Shown here one piece after another: positions 29,523 to 39,620 of a DNA stretch of 64,000 bases; within the stretch, counting starts at the first letter, position 1, and each line of letters begins with the position of its first letter. Source of the DNA: Candidatus Latescibacterota bacterium (GTDB lineage Bacteria > Latescibacterota > UBA2968 > GCA-2709665); contig OZ244744.1 of the NCBI GenBank assembly GCA_965219455.1, positions 1,024,001 through 1,088,000 of the forward strand. Reading direction: 5' to 3'. The translations under genes and the position numbers were made by a program. A model generated the notes under the pieces. That model saw nothing but the letters and a program-made list of their open reading frames with translations, did not search any database and was not told the DNA's origin.

Positions 29523-31757
29523 ATGACGATTGCAGCAGAACCCGAACGATACGGCCTTGCCACCCTCGATCCGGACGGTGAGATCGTTGCCGGCAGCTAC
29601 GGCACCTGGAAACTCACCTACACGGCGGGCTCGGAAGGGGTGGCGCCCGGCGGCAGCATACGGGTCGACACCGACTCGGACACCGACTGGGCGATTCCCC
29701 AGTTCCAGGACCCCGCCGGCGCGGACTATATGACGGTTGAAGCGCCGGCAAGAGTGCATGTGGGCGTCCTCAATCAAAGTGTCACGTCCCTGGTCTTGCT
29801 CGTGCATGGACGCGGACTTGAGTCCGGCGAGAAGGTCATCCTCATTTATGGGGACCGCAGCGGCGGGGGGCCGGGTTCCCGTGCGCAGACCTTCGTGGAG
29901 GCGAAGCGCTACTTCCGGGTCGCTGTGGATACGAACGGCAGCGGCGCCTGCACCGAACTGAAGGACTCGCCCTGTGTTTCCATCGTGGGCGGACCCGCGG
30001 ACCGGATGATCGTTGTCGCGCCGTCAACCGCGACTGTCGGAGACCCGTTTCGCCTGATGGTCAAGGCGGAAGACGCCTGGGGAAACCCGTCCGCGGAATA
30101 CGCGGGAAGCGTGGAACTCATCGGGGACGGCGTGAAGCTCGCCGAACAATCCCTCATCTTCCAGCGCGAACACAACGGCGTTCGCTGGATGGAGGGATGC
30201 ACCCCTTCACGGCCCGGCGTTTACAGAATCACCGCAACGGACACGCAGTCCGGACTGGAGGCACGGAGCAATCCCGTCGTCTGCAGGGATCAACCCGAAC
30301 CCTACGGCCTTTATTGGGGTGACTACCACGGGGGCCAGGTGGCGCTGGCAGAGAAGATTTCCGGCTTCTTTCGCTACGCACGTGACGTGGCCGCCATCCA
30401 GTTCGCCAGCTACCAGCGCAACGACCACGCCGTCTCAAAATCCGACTGGGAGATCCAGCAGCGGGCTGAGCGGGAGTTTTACCAGCCCGGACGGTTTATT
30501 GCCATCCCGGGATTCGAATGGTCTCCAAAGACGGAGGCGGGCGGCCACCACAATGTCTACTTTCGACGGCACGATCAACCCATTCGCCGGTCCAGCCGCC
30601 AGGCCCTTCGGGACCGTTCGGACGTCGACACGGACATTCATCACATAACGGACCTGTATCGGACCTACCGCGGCACGGACACCGTCATCACGCCCCACGT
30701 TGGCGGCGAACACTCCGACCTCAACCACCACGATCCCGGGCTGGAACCGGCCGTGGAAGTCACCTCAACACACGGCAGCTTCGAGTGGTTCCTGCGGGAA
30801 ACCCTGGAGCACGGATACAAACTCGGCTTCTTCGGTGGCAGCGACAGCCACACGGGAAGGCCCGGCGACGACCGTCCCGGCCACCAGCACCGGCGCTACG
30901 CAAAGGCGGGGCTTGCGGCCGTTTACGCCACCGAGGTAAGCCTGGAAGCCCTTCTGGAAGCCCTGAAGGCGCGCCGATGCTATGCCACCACTGGCGCACG
31001 GATCGTTCTGCACACGGAAATGGACGGCCACCTGATGGGCAGCGAACCCATAACCCACTCCCCGCCCAAGATCTCGGTATCCGTCATCGGGACCGCACCC
31101 CTGGAATCCGTGGAACTCTTCCGCGGGCTGGAAACCCTCCACACGCACCCCCTCACTGTAGCGCCCGCCCATAACCGGGTCCGCATCCTATGGGAAGGCG
31201 CGAGTCGAAAAAGCAGCTACTCGGGCGTTATCTGGGACGGGACCCTGGATCTGGACGGCGCCAGGATCACGGCGGTTGAAAAGCTGCGCTTCGACAGCCC
31301 GCGCTCAGACATTCTGGACCGCGGCGAAAGCAGCATGCGTTGGCACTCGGTAACCTGTGGGTACCGGAGCGGCGTGATCCTGGACCTGAATGCGGACCCG
31401 GACGCCGAACTCCGGCTTGCGATCCATACCTCGCTCATTGCAGGCCCCACCTACGGCGGCCACGGCGAAACAGGACCCAGGCGGATATCCTACGCCCCCG
31501 CCGAGAGAGTAAGCCTGAGCGTTAGCCTCCGGGAGCTTCGCGAACAGCCCATGGAGATAGACACCGGCCTTCTCGAGCGAAAGGTCACTGTCTCCCTCGC
31601 GCCCGAACAATCCGCGACGGATACCGCCGAATTCACCTTCACCGACCCCGCGCCTGTTCCGGGCGTGAACCCCTACTGGGTGCGGGTGGTACAAACCGAC
31701 ATGGAAATGGCCTGGTCCAGTCCCATCTTTGTGGATTACGCGCCGCCGGGGCCATGA
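29523..31757 (+). CDS. DUF3604-like / PHP-type metallohydrolase domain protein
   Basis: YWGDYHG, NDH, GFEWS, GGHHNV, TPHVGG, GSDSHTGRPG, RRCYATTG, YWVRVVQ..MAWSSPI. Confidence 0.8.
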   Translation: MTIAAEPERYGLATLDPDGEIVAGSYGTWKLTYTAGSEGVAPGGSIRVDTDSDTDWAIPQFQDPAGADYMTVEAPARVHVGVLNQSVTSLVLLVHGRGLESGEKVILIYGDRSGGGPGSRAQTFVEAKRYFRVAVDTNGSGACTELKDSPCVSIVGGPADRMIVVAPSTATVGDPFRLMVKAEDAWGNPSAEYAGSVELIGDGVKLAEQSLIFQREHNGVRWMEGCTPSRPGVYRITATDTQSGLEARSNPVVCRDQPEPYGLYWGDYHGGQVALAEKISGFFRYARDVAAIQFASYQRNDHAVSKSDWEIQQRAEREFYQPGRFIAIPGFEWSPKTEAGGHHNVYFRRHDQPIRRSSRQALRDRSDVDTDIHHITDLYRTYRGTDTVITPHVGGEHSDLNHHDPGLEPAVEVTSTHGSFEWFLRETLEHGYKLGFFGGSDSHTGRPGDDRPGHQHRRYAKAGLAAVYATEVSLEALLEALKARRCYATTGARIVLHTEMDGHLMGSEPITHSPPKISVSVIGTAPLESVELFRGLETLHTHPLTVAPAHNRVRILWEGASRKSSYSGVIWDGTLDLDGARITAVEKLRFDSPRSDILDRGESSMRWHSVTCGYRSGVILDLNADPDAELRLAIHTSLIAGPTYGGHGETGPRRISYAPAERVSLSVSLRELREQPMEIDTGLLERKVTVSLAPEQSATDTAEFTFTDPAPVPGVNPYWVRVVQTDMEMAWSSPIFVDYAPPGP

Positions 31758-31816
31758 ACGTCCGCTCGTCTGCCTGTCGCTTGCCGCAATCCGACCCAGG
31801 ACAGGTGTAAATCCCG

Positions 31817-32626
31817 ATGTCGAGATCGACAATGCATCCTGACCGGGATCATCTCCGGCTCGAGCAGTATGGAGATTCGACAAATCTCAACGCGCGATAC
31901 GAACTCCACGCCCGATTCAGCACGAACAGGTACGGTTGGCACCCATGGGTCTTCGATCAACTTTCAGTGCCAAGGAACGGGAAGATCCTGGAGGTCGGGT
32001 GCGGGCCGGGTTTCCTCTGGAACAAAAACGCCGAAAGGATTCCAGCGCATTGGCGGGTGACGCTCTCCGACTTCTCGCCAGGAATGGTCAGGGCCGCTAG
32101 ACAGAGTCTATCGAGTTTCGACGCGTCCTTCGACTTCGTCGTGTTCGACGTCCAGGCGATCCCGTACATTGACAGCGAATTCGACGTTGTCATCGCGAAT
32201 CACATGCTATATCACGTGCCGGACCGCGAGAAAGCGTACTCCGAGATCCGACGGGTGCTGAAACCCGGTGGATTTCTACACGCGGCTGCAAATGGGAAGG
32301 ACGACAAGAGAAATATCTCCGAACTCGGGCCCAGGGTGAATCGGAATGCATTCCCTGACAAGGAGGAAAATTCCGACTGGTTCAACCTCGAAAGCGGCGG
32401 GAAGGAACTTGAAGCATGGTTTTCCGACGTGAATGTACAGAAGTACGAAGACGCGCTATGCATCACGGAATCCGCGCCATTGGTCGCTTATTTCGCGTCG
32501 TTTAAACGCCTCAGCGCTGGGGAGTTGTGCGAACTGCGGAAAATCGCGGACCGGGAGATCGCCGGCAAGGGCGCGATCCGTATCGTGAAACGACCGGGTC
32601 TGTTCGTCGCCAGGAAGCGATCATGA
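31817..32626 (+). CDS. Class I SAM-dependent methyltransferase
   Basis: ILEVGCGPG, SDFSPGM, FDVVIANHMLYHVPD, RVLKPGG. Confidence 0.92.
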   Translation: MSRSTMHPDRDHLRLEQYGDSTNLNARYELHARFSTNRYGWHPWVFDQLSVPRNGKILEVGCGPGFLWNKNAERIPAHWRVTLSDFSPGMVRAARQSLSSFDASFDFVVFDVQAIPYIDSEFDVVIANHMLYHVPDREKAYSEIRRVLKPGGFLHAAANGKDDKRNISELGPRVNRNAFPDKEENSDWFNLESGGKELEAWFSDVNVQKYEDALCITESAPLVAYFASFKRLSAGELCELRKIADREIAGKGAIRIVKRPGLFVARKRS

Positions 32627-32663
32627 TTGCGCGAGCGGAGGGCGTCCGCTTCGACCTTGAAAG

Positions 32664-32850
32664 GGTGGAGCAGACATTCCTGTCTGCTCACATACATCAA
32701 GCCGAAACCTCGGAATCCTGTTTCAGGGCACGCCACGACTCACAGCTGTCTCCCCCGCTGGAAAAAGGGCGGCGCTATCTATCGGATCACCTTGTCTGCA
32801 TTCAGGCAGAAAGACGATGAGAAGGGCAGACAGGAATGTCTGCCCCACCT
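32664..32850 (+). mobile_element. REP-flanked remnant of a REP-associated tyrosine transposase (MITE/REPIN-like), copy 1
   Basis: Inverted REPs GGTGGAGCAGACATTCCTGTCTGCTC and GGGCAGACAGGAATGTCTGCCCCACC around LPRWKKGGAIYRIT. Confidence 0.7.
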
Positions 32851-32912
32851 TCGCATACGATCCGACAACAAAGGGCGCGTATCAAGGGGACGAGAGTAGG
32901 GGGAGGAAAGCT

Positions 32913-33722
32913 ATGATCTACCACCTCAAGATCACCCTGATGAAAATTGAGCCGCCGATATGGAGACGTGTTGCCGTAGACGGCGAGTGCTCCCTGGGCG
33001 ACCTCCATTTGATACTTCAAATCGTAATGGGGTGGACCAACTCTCATCTGCACGAGTTTCGCATCGCAGACTCCCGCTACAGCGTGTGCGATCCGACGCT
33101 TTACGATTGGGGCGAGGACACGCTGGATGAAGAAGCATATACCGTGGAACAGGTTGTTCCATTCACCGGCGTCGAGTTTCTCTACGAATACGATCTTGGA
33201 GACAGTTGGGAACACCTGGTGAAAGTGAAAGCAATCAGTGAGCCATTACCCAGTGTATTTTATCCCACCTGTCTGGCGGGTGAGCGTTCGTGCCCACCTG
33301 AGGACGTGGGCGGAAACTCGGGATATGCGGAGTTCCTGGAGACCCTGGCGGACAACGATCACCCGGAACACGCCACGAATCTTGTGTGGATTGGCGGTAA
33401 TTTCGATCCCGAATACTTCCCTATCGATCTTGTCAATCGGTACCTGTCCCAATTTGGAAGCGGCGAATTCTTCAATCTCGTGCCTGGTGTTACCTATACG
33501 CGCAGGCAAGGACAATATCTGGCCTTTATCCATTACTACACCAGGGTAAACGGCATTCCGCCGGCCCAGGCCGATATTCAGCGCTACTTCGGCGTTACAG
33601 CTCCGTCCGTAAACAGCATGCTCAAGAGATTGGAAGCGCTGGGCTTCATCTCAAGGGTTGCACGTCGTCCGCGCTCCATCAGGCTTCTCCTGGACCAGGC
33701 GGACCTTCCGGAACTGGAATAG
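32913..33722 (+). CDS. Plasmid pRiA4b ORF-3 family protein fused to a C-terminal LexA/MarR-like winged HTH
   Basis: PPIWRR, MGWTNSHLHEF, YEYDLGDSWEH, CPPEDVGG; then TRRQGQYLAFI...QRYFGVTAPSVNSMLKRLE. Confidence 0.88.
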   Translation: MIYHLKITLMKIEPPIWRRVAVDGECSLGDLHLILQIVMGWTNSHLHEFRIADSRYSVCDPTLYDWGEDTLDEEAYTVEQVVPFTGVEFLYEYDLGDSWEHLVKVKAISEPLPSVFYPTCLAGERSCPPEDVGGNSGYAEFLETLADNDHPEHATNLVWIGGNFDPEYFPIDLVNRYLSQFGSGEFFNLVPGVTYTRRQGQYLAFIHYYTRVNGIPPAQADIQRYFGVTAPSVNSMLKRLEALGFISRVARRPRSIRLLLDQADLPELE

Positions 33723-33862
33723 AACGCTGGTGGTTGAAACATGAAGGGCCAATCCCTTAGCCCGAAGCCGCCCGGCCCCGCAACGCCTTTGCATAGTGTG
33801 CCCGGGATCGCAACCCCTCTCCAGGCCCCTCCCCGACACGGGGAGGGAAGGTATAATTATCG

Positions 33863-34678
33863 ATGACGACTTTAAACAAGAAAGACGTCGAAGCCTTCCG
33901 GGAACTGGGATACCACGTAGCGCGCGGCGTATTTGGCCGGGATGAGATTACGCGTCTGCGCGAGGGCTACGACTATATCCTTGAACTGGCAGCGCGGAGG
34001 GATCTTCCGGATGAAATTCTCAAAGGCAGGCGGAACGATGTGCACGTTCACCTGCAAACCCCCGGACCGATGGCAGGGCCGAACGCCGTCCGGTACCTTC
34101 GCAAGGTCCAGTGGCCCGCTCTGATTCATCCGGCGTTCGAGGAGATCCGCAACAGTCCGAAGTTTCCAGCTCTGCTGGACCCGTTGATCGGAACGTCGTT
34201 AAAGCAGTTTATCAATCAGATCAACTTCAAGATGCCGGGCGGGAAGATCGAATTTCCGTGGCACCAGGACGTTCGTCCCACGCCCGCGTTTCGCGATCAG
34301 GTCAGCAACTACGTGCAGACTATTGTCGTGGTGGACGAGGCCAACGTAGCCAACGGGTGTCTGCACGTCGTCCCAGGGAGCCACAAGCTGGGCAACTTGA
34401 AAGCGAAACGGTACGCGAAAGGTGGCGTCGAAGCGCTGGTAGACGTTTCCTGTGCCGTGGCCTGCGAGGCCATGCCGGGAGACGTGCTGATGTTTACTTC
34501 ATACACGGTTCACGGCTCGTCGCCGAATGCGACGGACCGGCCGCGGCGGTCGTACATCAACGGATTCGTCCGGGCATCCTCGTGCGACGTGGGGAGATGG
34601 GCGTTTCTGGACGGGAGGCCCGTTCCCATTACGAGCGACTACGACTACCACGAGATACGGTTTAGCCTTGATTCGTAA
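33863..34678 (+). CDS. Phytanoyl-CoA dioxygenase (PhyH) family Fe/2OG enzyme
   Basis: PWHQD, NGCLHVVPGSH, GDVLMF, VHGSSPN, RRS. Confidence 0.92.
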   Translation: MTTLNKKDVEAFRELGYHVARGVFGRDEITRLREGYDYILELAARRDLPDEILKGRRNDVHVHLQTPGPMAGPNAVRYLRKVQWPALIHPAFEEIRNSPKFPALLDPLIGTSLKQFINQINFKMPGGKIEFPWHQDVRPTPAFRDQVSNYVQTIVVVDEANVANGCLHVVPGSHKLGNLKAKRYAKGGVEALVDVSCAVACEAMPGDVLMFTSYTVHGSSPNATDRPRRSYINGFVRASSCDVGRWAFLDGRPVPITSDYDYHEIRFSLDS

Positions 34679-34938
34679 TTAGTGTTGTTGAATTTCGGCG
34701 TATTGAAAACGAAGCAGAAATTCAAATAAGTCCATAATTTTCAATAGGAAAAGGCCTTCCATTTTGGTATGTTGGGAAGCGACAAACGACCCATTTCAAC
34801 CAAAACGAAAGGCCACGTACAGTGAGACGAAAGAAAGCGGATTTGCGGGCGCGTGTCAATTTCAATTTGAAGATGGAATTGATGGGTGAAGGCCTCACTT
34901 CCTATGGGGGTTTGGAACTGTTGATGCGATATTTGCAC
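34666..34938 (+). mobile_element. Truncated IS1380-family element (left end plus first codons)
   Basis: Aligns with the reverse complement of ~37665-37936; encodes MRRKKADL...GLELLMRYL; begins right after TTAG. Confidence 0.85.
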
Positions 34939-35568
34939 CCCGACACGCGCGAGTGCGGGCCACACCGGCGACGAGGCGGACGCGCCAGTGACGGTCCGCC
35001 CGTGCGGGAGAAATCTCGTGCATGACAGTCAGGTGTGTATACTAAAACGGAAAAAGTAGATAAAAACGTAAGTATTACTAATTTATATGAGAATATACAT
35101 TAATAACTATCTGGCGGATCCCGCGCTTTACCCATATATTCCGAGTCATACGAAAAGGCGCTGTCGTTCAACGTTTATGGCTTAACCCGACATTCAGAAG
35201 GAAACCGTCGGTTCCCAGACCGGCCCCAGTCGAGAATCGATGGTTCTCGGGAAAGAAGCCGGGCGGCGATACGGTGTGTCGTTCCGCGTGTTGAGCCCGG
35301 GTGCGCCGGCATCTTGCCCGCGCAGGTCGGGGGCCTCCGTACGTTTCTGCGGCGCGTCGGCTACGGATTTCTGTCGAATTGAGGCTAGTGCTCAAGAAAC
35401 ACAATTCGTAAGCAGAGATCCACGAATAAGCGCCTGATAAATCTCCGTTCACCGAGGCCGCAGACGGCAGACCAATCAGCAGGGATGTAAGTTGGAAACC
35501 CTCGACTCAACTCTCGGCACAAAGCAGACTCAAGACCCACTTGGGAATTTAGTACATCGAGAAAAACC

Positions 35569-36383
35569 ATGATACCGTCATGCATTACAAGCGAGCACTT
35601 GGTCGAAGCGATTTGTCGTATCAGGCGTGAGGGTGTTCCACCGCGTAGGAAGGGGCGGTATTACTGCCTGGTTAAGGATGGCTGTCATTACCCGCCGAAG
35701 TACACCGTTGCATTGGCTCATCAGATAGCAACGGGTCGGTTTCTCCCTTCGTACGAATTCTCTGGCGGCGGTGAGTCCAATGGCTTTCTGAGTAAACGTG
35801 GCTTCGAAATAGCTGATTGCAATTGCGGAGGTGGTTATCGCGCCAAGACTCTCACTCGGCGTGCTAATCGAACCAGAAAGAGGAAGTTCGTGATACAGCA
35901 AGAACGTCACTCTGAGCATTGTCCTGACTGTAAGGCGCGGGTCCGCGAGCTTCTCGTACGAATCTACGGAAAATGCCTGGCGAACCACAGGTTTGACTGG
36001 CCAACTCATCTTTCCTCATACGCCGGAACGCAGATCTACTCGACACTGCGGGAACTCGCAGCAATTCTAGAGAAATACCGTGGCTTTGCCCTTAAGGATT
36101 TCGTGAAAACCGAAACGCTGGCCGCGTGCGACTTTTGGTTACCCGACCCCGGATTTATCCTGGAGTTCGATGAGCGACAACACTTCACGACGCCGCGAAA
36201 ACTGAACCTTCACGCGTACCCGGACGACCTGGCCTTGGGTTTTTCCGGAAAGCAATGGATCTCACACTGTGAACGCCACGATGCAAAGGACAACGATCCC
36301 CCATTTCGTGACGAACAACGGGCATGGTATGACGCATTGCGGGATCTCGTGCCGTCGATAGAGGGACTTCAGCCGACAGTTAG
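35569..36383 (+). pseudogene. 5' part of an IS-interrupted multidomain gene: restriction-type N-terminal domain plus PD-(D/E)xK-like nuclease
   Basis: MIPSCITSEHLVEAI...YPPKY...FSGG...FLSKRGF; CDFWL...LEFDERQHF; RDEQRAWYD. Ends at the TTAG target site. Confidence 0.75.
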
Positions 36384-37936
36384 CCTCAATGTGAAATAAA
36401 TCAGGCGGCTTTCTGTAGTGCGTTGCAGATTTTGCGGTATTGTTTTTCGGTGTGCTTGTTGCGTTGGAGGCGCAGGGTAAGACACCCTTCGGGTCGTACG
36501 AGGTATCCGGCTCGGTTGATGAGCTCGAACCGGAGAGTACGTATGGATTTGAGCGGCCATCGGTTGGTATTTTTCAAGGTGCGATTGCGTTTTGTGAGTC
36601 CGGTTTCGATTTGGAAGTTGACCAGGAGGTTGTGCGCGAGAATGACGAACTGTTGCCAGGCACTATTGGCGTGGTAATCGTGTGTGGGGATGGTATCGAA
36701 GCTGAGTCCGGTCTTGAGTTCGCCGATGGCTTTCTCGTGCACGCCACGGCCTGACATGAAGCGGTAGAGCGCGCGCAACTTGAAGGGTAGATTGGTAGCC
36801 ACCGCACTGTATTCGAAGGTGCCGTCATCGGGATCGAACAGGTCCAGCTGGTAGTTCTTGCGGGTTTGATGCATCACGCGTTTTCGAAAGATGGCAATGT
36901 TGAGCGTGCGTTCCCACTTTTTGACCGTCAGCGTTGACGTGAAGCCGTCGACGCCCTTCTCGACGCGCTGCCAGTGGCTGCATTGAAGGATTTTGTGCTG
37001 TAAGTCCAGGCCTTGCCAGAAGGGCACCTTGATGGCATACGAGGCCTTGTTCTTGATGAGCGTGTTCACCACATCCTTATTGAAAAAGGCGCCATCCATG
37101 CGGAATCGCAGGGTGTAGGCGTGTCCCAAGGTCTCTTTGATCTGTGAAAACACGTCCTTTAGAAACCCGATGGAGGCACTGCCATCATTGACGTTGCCTG
37201 CCCGGTTGTGCACGCCCAGAAAATGACCGCTGTCGGCCAGGTAGGCGGTGATCGGATAGTAACTGGGGACTTTGCGATGATGCGGATTATACCCGCGGCG
37301 GGCACCGCCGACGCGTTTTCCGGTGCACAAGACGGTGCCGTCCACGTCGATCGTCAATTTTCGGGCGCGCAACAGGTTGATCTTATGGGCAACCACGTCG
37401 GCGTTGAGGGCTTTCAAGGCGTTGAGACCCTTGTCGGAAAACCGTCTCAGAAACGTACTCACGCTGCGGGGGGTCGGTAGATCCGTCAGACCGCAAAACC
37501 GCTGCAGCAGGGGATCTCCTTTCAAAAAATCCAGATGCCGCAACCGACGGCCGCCTACCCACAGCAAACCCAACAGAACACGGCACAGGCTCACCACACC
37601 GAAATCGCCGCCAAAGCCCACACTGCCCAGGTGACGGCGCAATTGCCTGTTCCAATGCACGTTTCGCAAATATCGCATCAACAGTTCCAAACCCGCATTC
37701 GAGGTGAGGCCTTCACCGGTGAATTCCATCTTCAAATTGTCGTTGACACGCACGTGCAAATCCGCTTTCTTTCGTCTCACTGTACGTGGCCTTTCGTTTT
37801 GGGTTAAAAGGGTCGTTTGTCGCTTCCCAATATACCAAAATGGAAGGCCTTTTCCTATTGAAAAATATAGACTTATTCGCATTTACGCTTAGTCTTCAAT
37901 ACCCCGGAATTCATCAACATTATTTTCACATTGAGG
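36384..37936 (-). mobile_element. IS1380-family insertion sequence, 1553 bp, TTAG target-site duplication
   Basis: Terminal inverted repeats CCTCAATGTGAAA / TTTCACATTGAGG; TTAG at 36380-36383 and 37937-37940. Confidence 0.93.
36401..37780 (-). CDS. IS1380 DDE transposase
   Basis: LTSNAGL, IDVDGT, GYNP, RMDGAF, RGVHEKAIGELK, AHNL; GTG start at 37780. Confidence 0.92.
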   Translation of the reverse strand: MRRKKADLHVRVNDNLKMEFTGEGLTSNAGLELLMRYLRNVHWNRQLRRHLGSVGFGGDFGVVSLCRVLLGLLWVGGRRLRHLDFLKGDPLLQRFCGLTDLPTPRSVSTFLRRFSDKGLNALKALNADVVAHKINLLRARKLTIDVDGTVLCTGKRVGGARRGYNPHHRKVPSYYPITAYLADSGHFLGVHNRAGNVNDGSASIGFLKDVFSQIKETLGHAYTLRFRMDGAFFNKDVVNTLIKNKASYAIKVPFWQGLDLQHKILQCSHWQRVEKGVDGFTSTLTVKKWERTLNIAIFRKRVMHQTRKNYQLDLFDPDDGTFEYSAVATNLPFKLRALYRFMSGRGVHEKAIGELKTGLSFDTIPTHDYHANSAWQQFVILAHNLLVNFQIETGLTKRNRTLKNTNRWPLKSIRTLRFELINRAGYLVRPEGCLTLRLQRNKHTEKQYRKICNALQKAA

Positions 37937-37940
37937 TTAG

Positions 37941-39441
37941 ACTGTACGCCCGCGATATGGTCTGGTGCTTGCTTGACCCGGCCAGCAACAACGACCGGCA
38001 GCGATTCTCCGCCATTATCGGCCATTGCATGTCAGGTGGGAAGCGCGTCACGACTGGTCAATCGATGGCTAAAAGACATAACTCCGCTGCTCGAACGACT
38101 TCTGTACTGCGAGCGGCACTCGTGTTTCCTCGGGTAAACCATAGGGCGCTACTCGGAATCGTACCTCTTGGAGATAATGCCCAGAAGCCCGTCATACCCA
38201 CCCACGCATCCTTTGCAGGCGAAAGCGTAGACTTCGTTCTTTTTCCGGAAGGCTACATTCGCTCGTCCGACGTAAAACGCATCAAGTCTCTAATGGAACT
38301 CGCGGCGGACCTGGATGCGCCTTTGCTGGTCGGCGCGACCGACCATAGTGACGATTCGATCGGACGCACCCGCCAGATCCTTTTACGTATAGATCCTGAT
38401 GAAACAGTGTCACGTTTGTACACGAAACACTCCACAGAAAAGACCGTCGCCTTTGAATTTCAGGATTGGGAACCTCGCGTCGCACTTCCAACCTTCGAAC
38501 TGGTCGGCGTTCGGGCCGGTGCGACCATTTGCCACGACCAATATCTGGGTATGCTCCCCCGTTTTCTCGCTAGACGCGGCGCCCGGATATGGCTTAATCC
38601 AAGTTATGACAACGTCGTTGACATCAAATGGGCATCAATCCTTCGTCTAAGAGCGGTAGAAAATCGTTTCTTCTCTTTATGTACGCTGCACGACAGTAGG
38701 CAACGGCGTGCCCCAACTCACCCGTTTGCGTTTTCTCCCGATGGAAGAGAGCTCTCATCAAGGCAAGCGGGTATCAGGAAGTCGCGGCCGCTTTCTGAGT
38801 GCAAAGAGTCAGATTCAATCTATGTCGTGGAACTCGACATGCGGCTGCCTGAAGGAGGATTAGATTGGAATCGGGTTCCACGAGCAGATAACCTCTCGAC
38901 ATCAAGACCAAAGAAACCCCCTAACCCGAATGCAAAACAGCCTATCCGTGTTGGAATAGTCGACGAACAACCGGCTGTGTTAAGTCGATCTGGATGGCGC
39001 GCCGTTGAGGAGCCCGGGTGTGACGTGGAGACCGATCACGGCTCTGTATACGTGGGTGTTGTGCAAAATGAACAGATGCTCGATGCAGCCGAGTGTTTTC
39101 GCGTTATGGATCGAGCGAAACAGGCAAACTGTAAACCAATTATTTGGACTGTGTGGGGCGAACTTCCAGCGGATTCAGCGCGTCTCGCAACGCTGATGTT
39201 GGGCAGAACAATTGAATGCTGTGCGCCAATCCTGATTTCGGACCGTAACCGCATTCATGAACTGGTCGAGCTTTCCAATAGAAATAAAGTTCGCACTCGG
39301 AGGACGATTGAAGCATCAGGGGAAGCAATTGTGGACGTTGGATATGCGTGGGGTCTGGAAAGTGCCTTTAAGATGGTTTCCAAGCATCTCATTGGGACCA
39401 TGAAACACACGGCATTGGATCGATATAGAACGCTTACTTAA
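37941..39441 (+). pseudogene. 3' part of the IS-interrupted gene: carbon-nitrogen hydrolase (nitrilase-fold) domain plus C-terminal domain
   Basis: FVLFPEGY (E), YTKHS (K), TICHD (C), RAVEN. In frame with the 5' part once the IS is removed. Confidence 0.8.
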
Positions 39442-39620
39442 CCTGAATAAGTCATTGAGAAGGTAGTTCCCCTACCCAAGTCATTGTATTATGGTGACGC
39501 AAGTAATGTTATAACAATGAGTTGAGATCAAACTACCGTGGACGTTCAAGATAATTATGACAGGGTCTATCTTGCAAGTCAATGCGGCAAGAATGTGAAA
39601 GGCGCCTTCGACGACTGGAA

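Noticed and set aside
37786-37940. N-terminus of the 551-aa ORF as an independent gene start
   Set aside because: These codons lie inside the IS1380 end. The real upstream part is 35569-36383, although IS-driven expression of the nitrilase half cannot be excluded.
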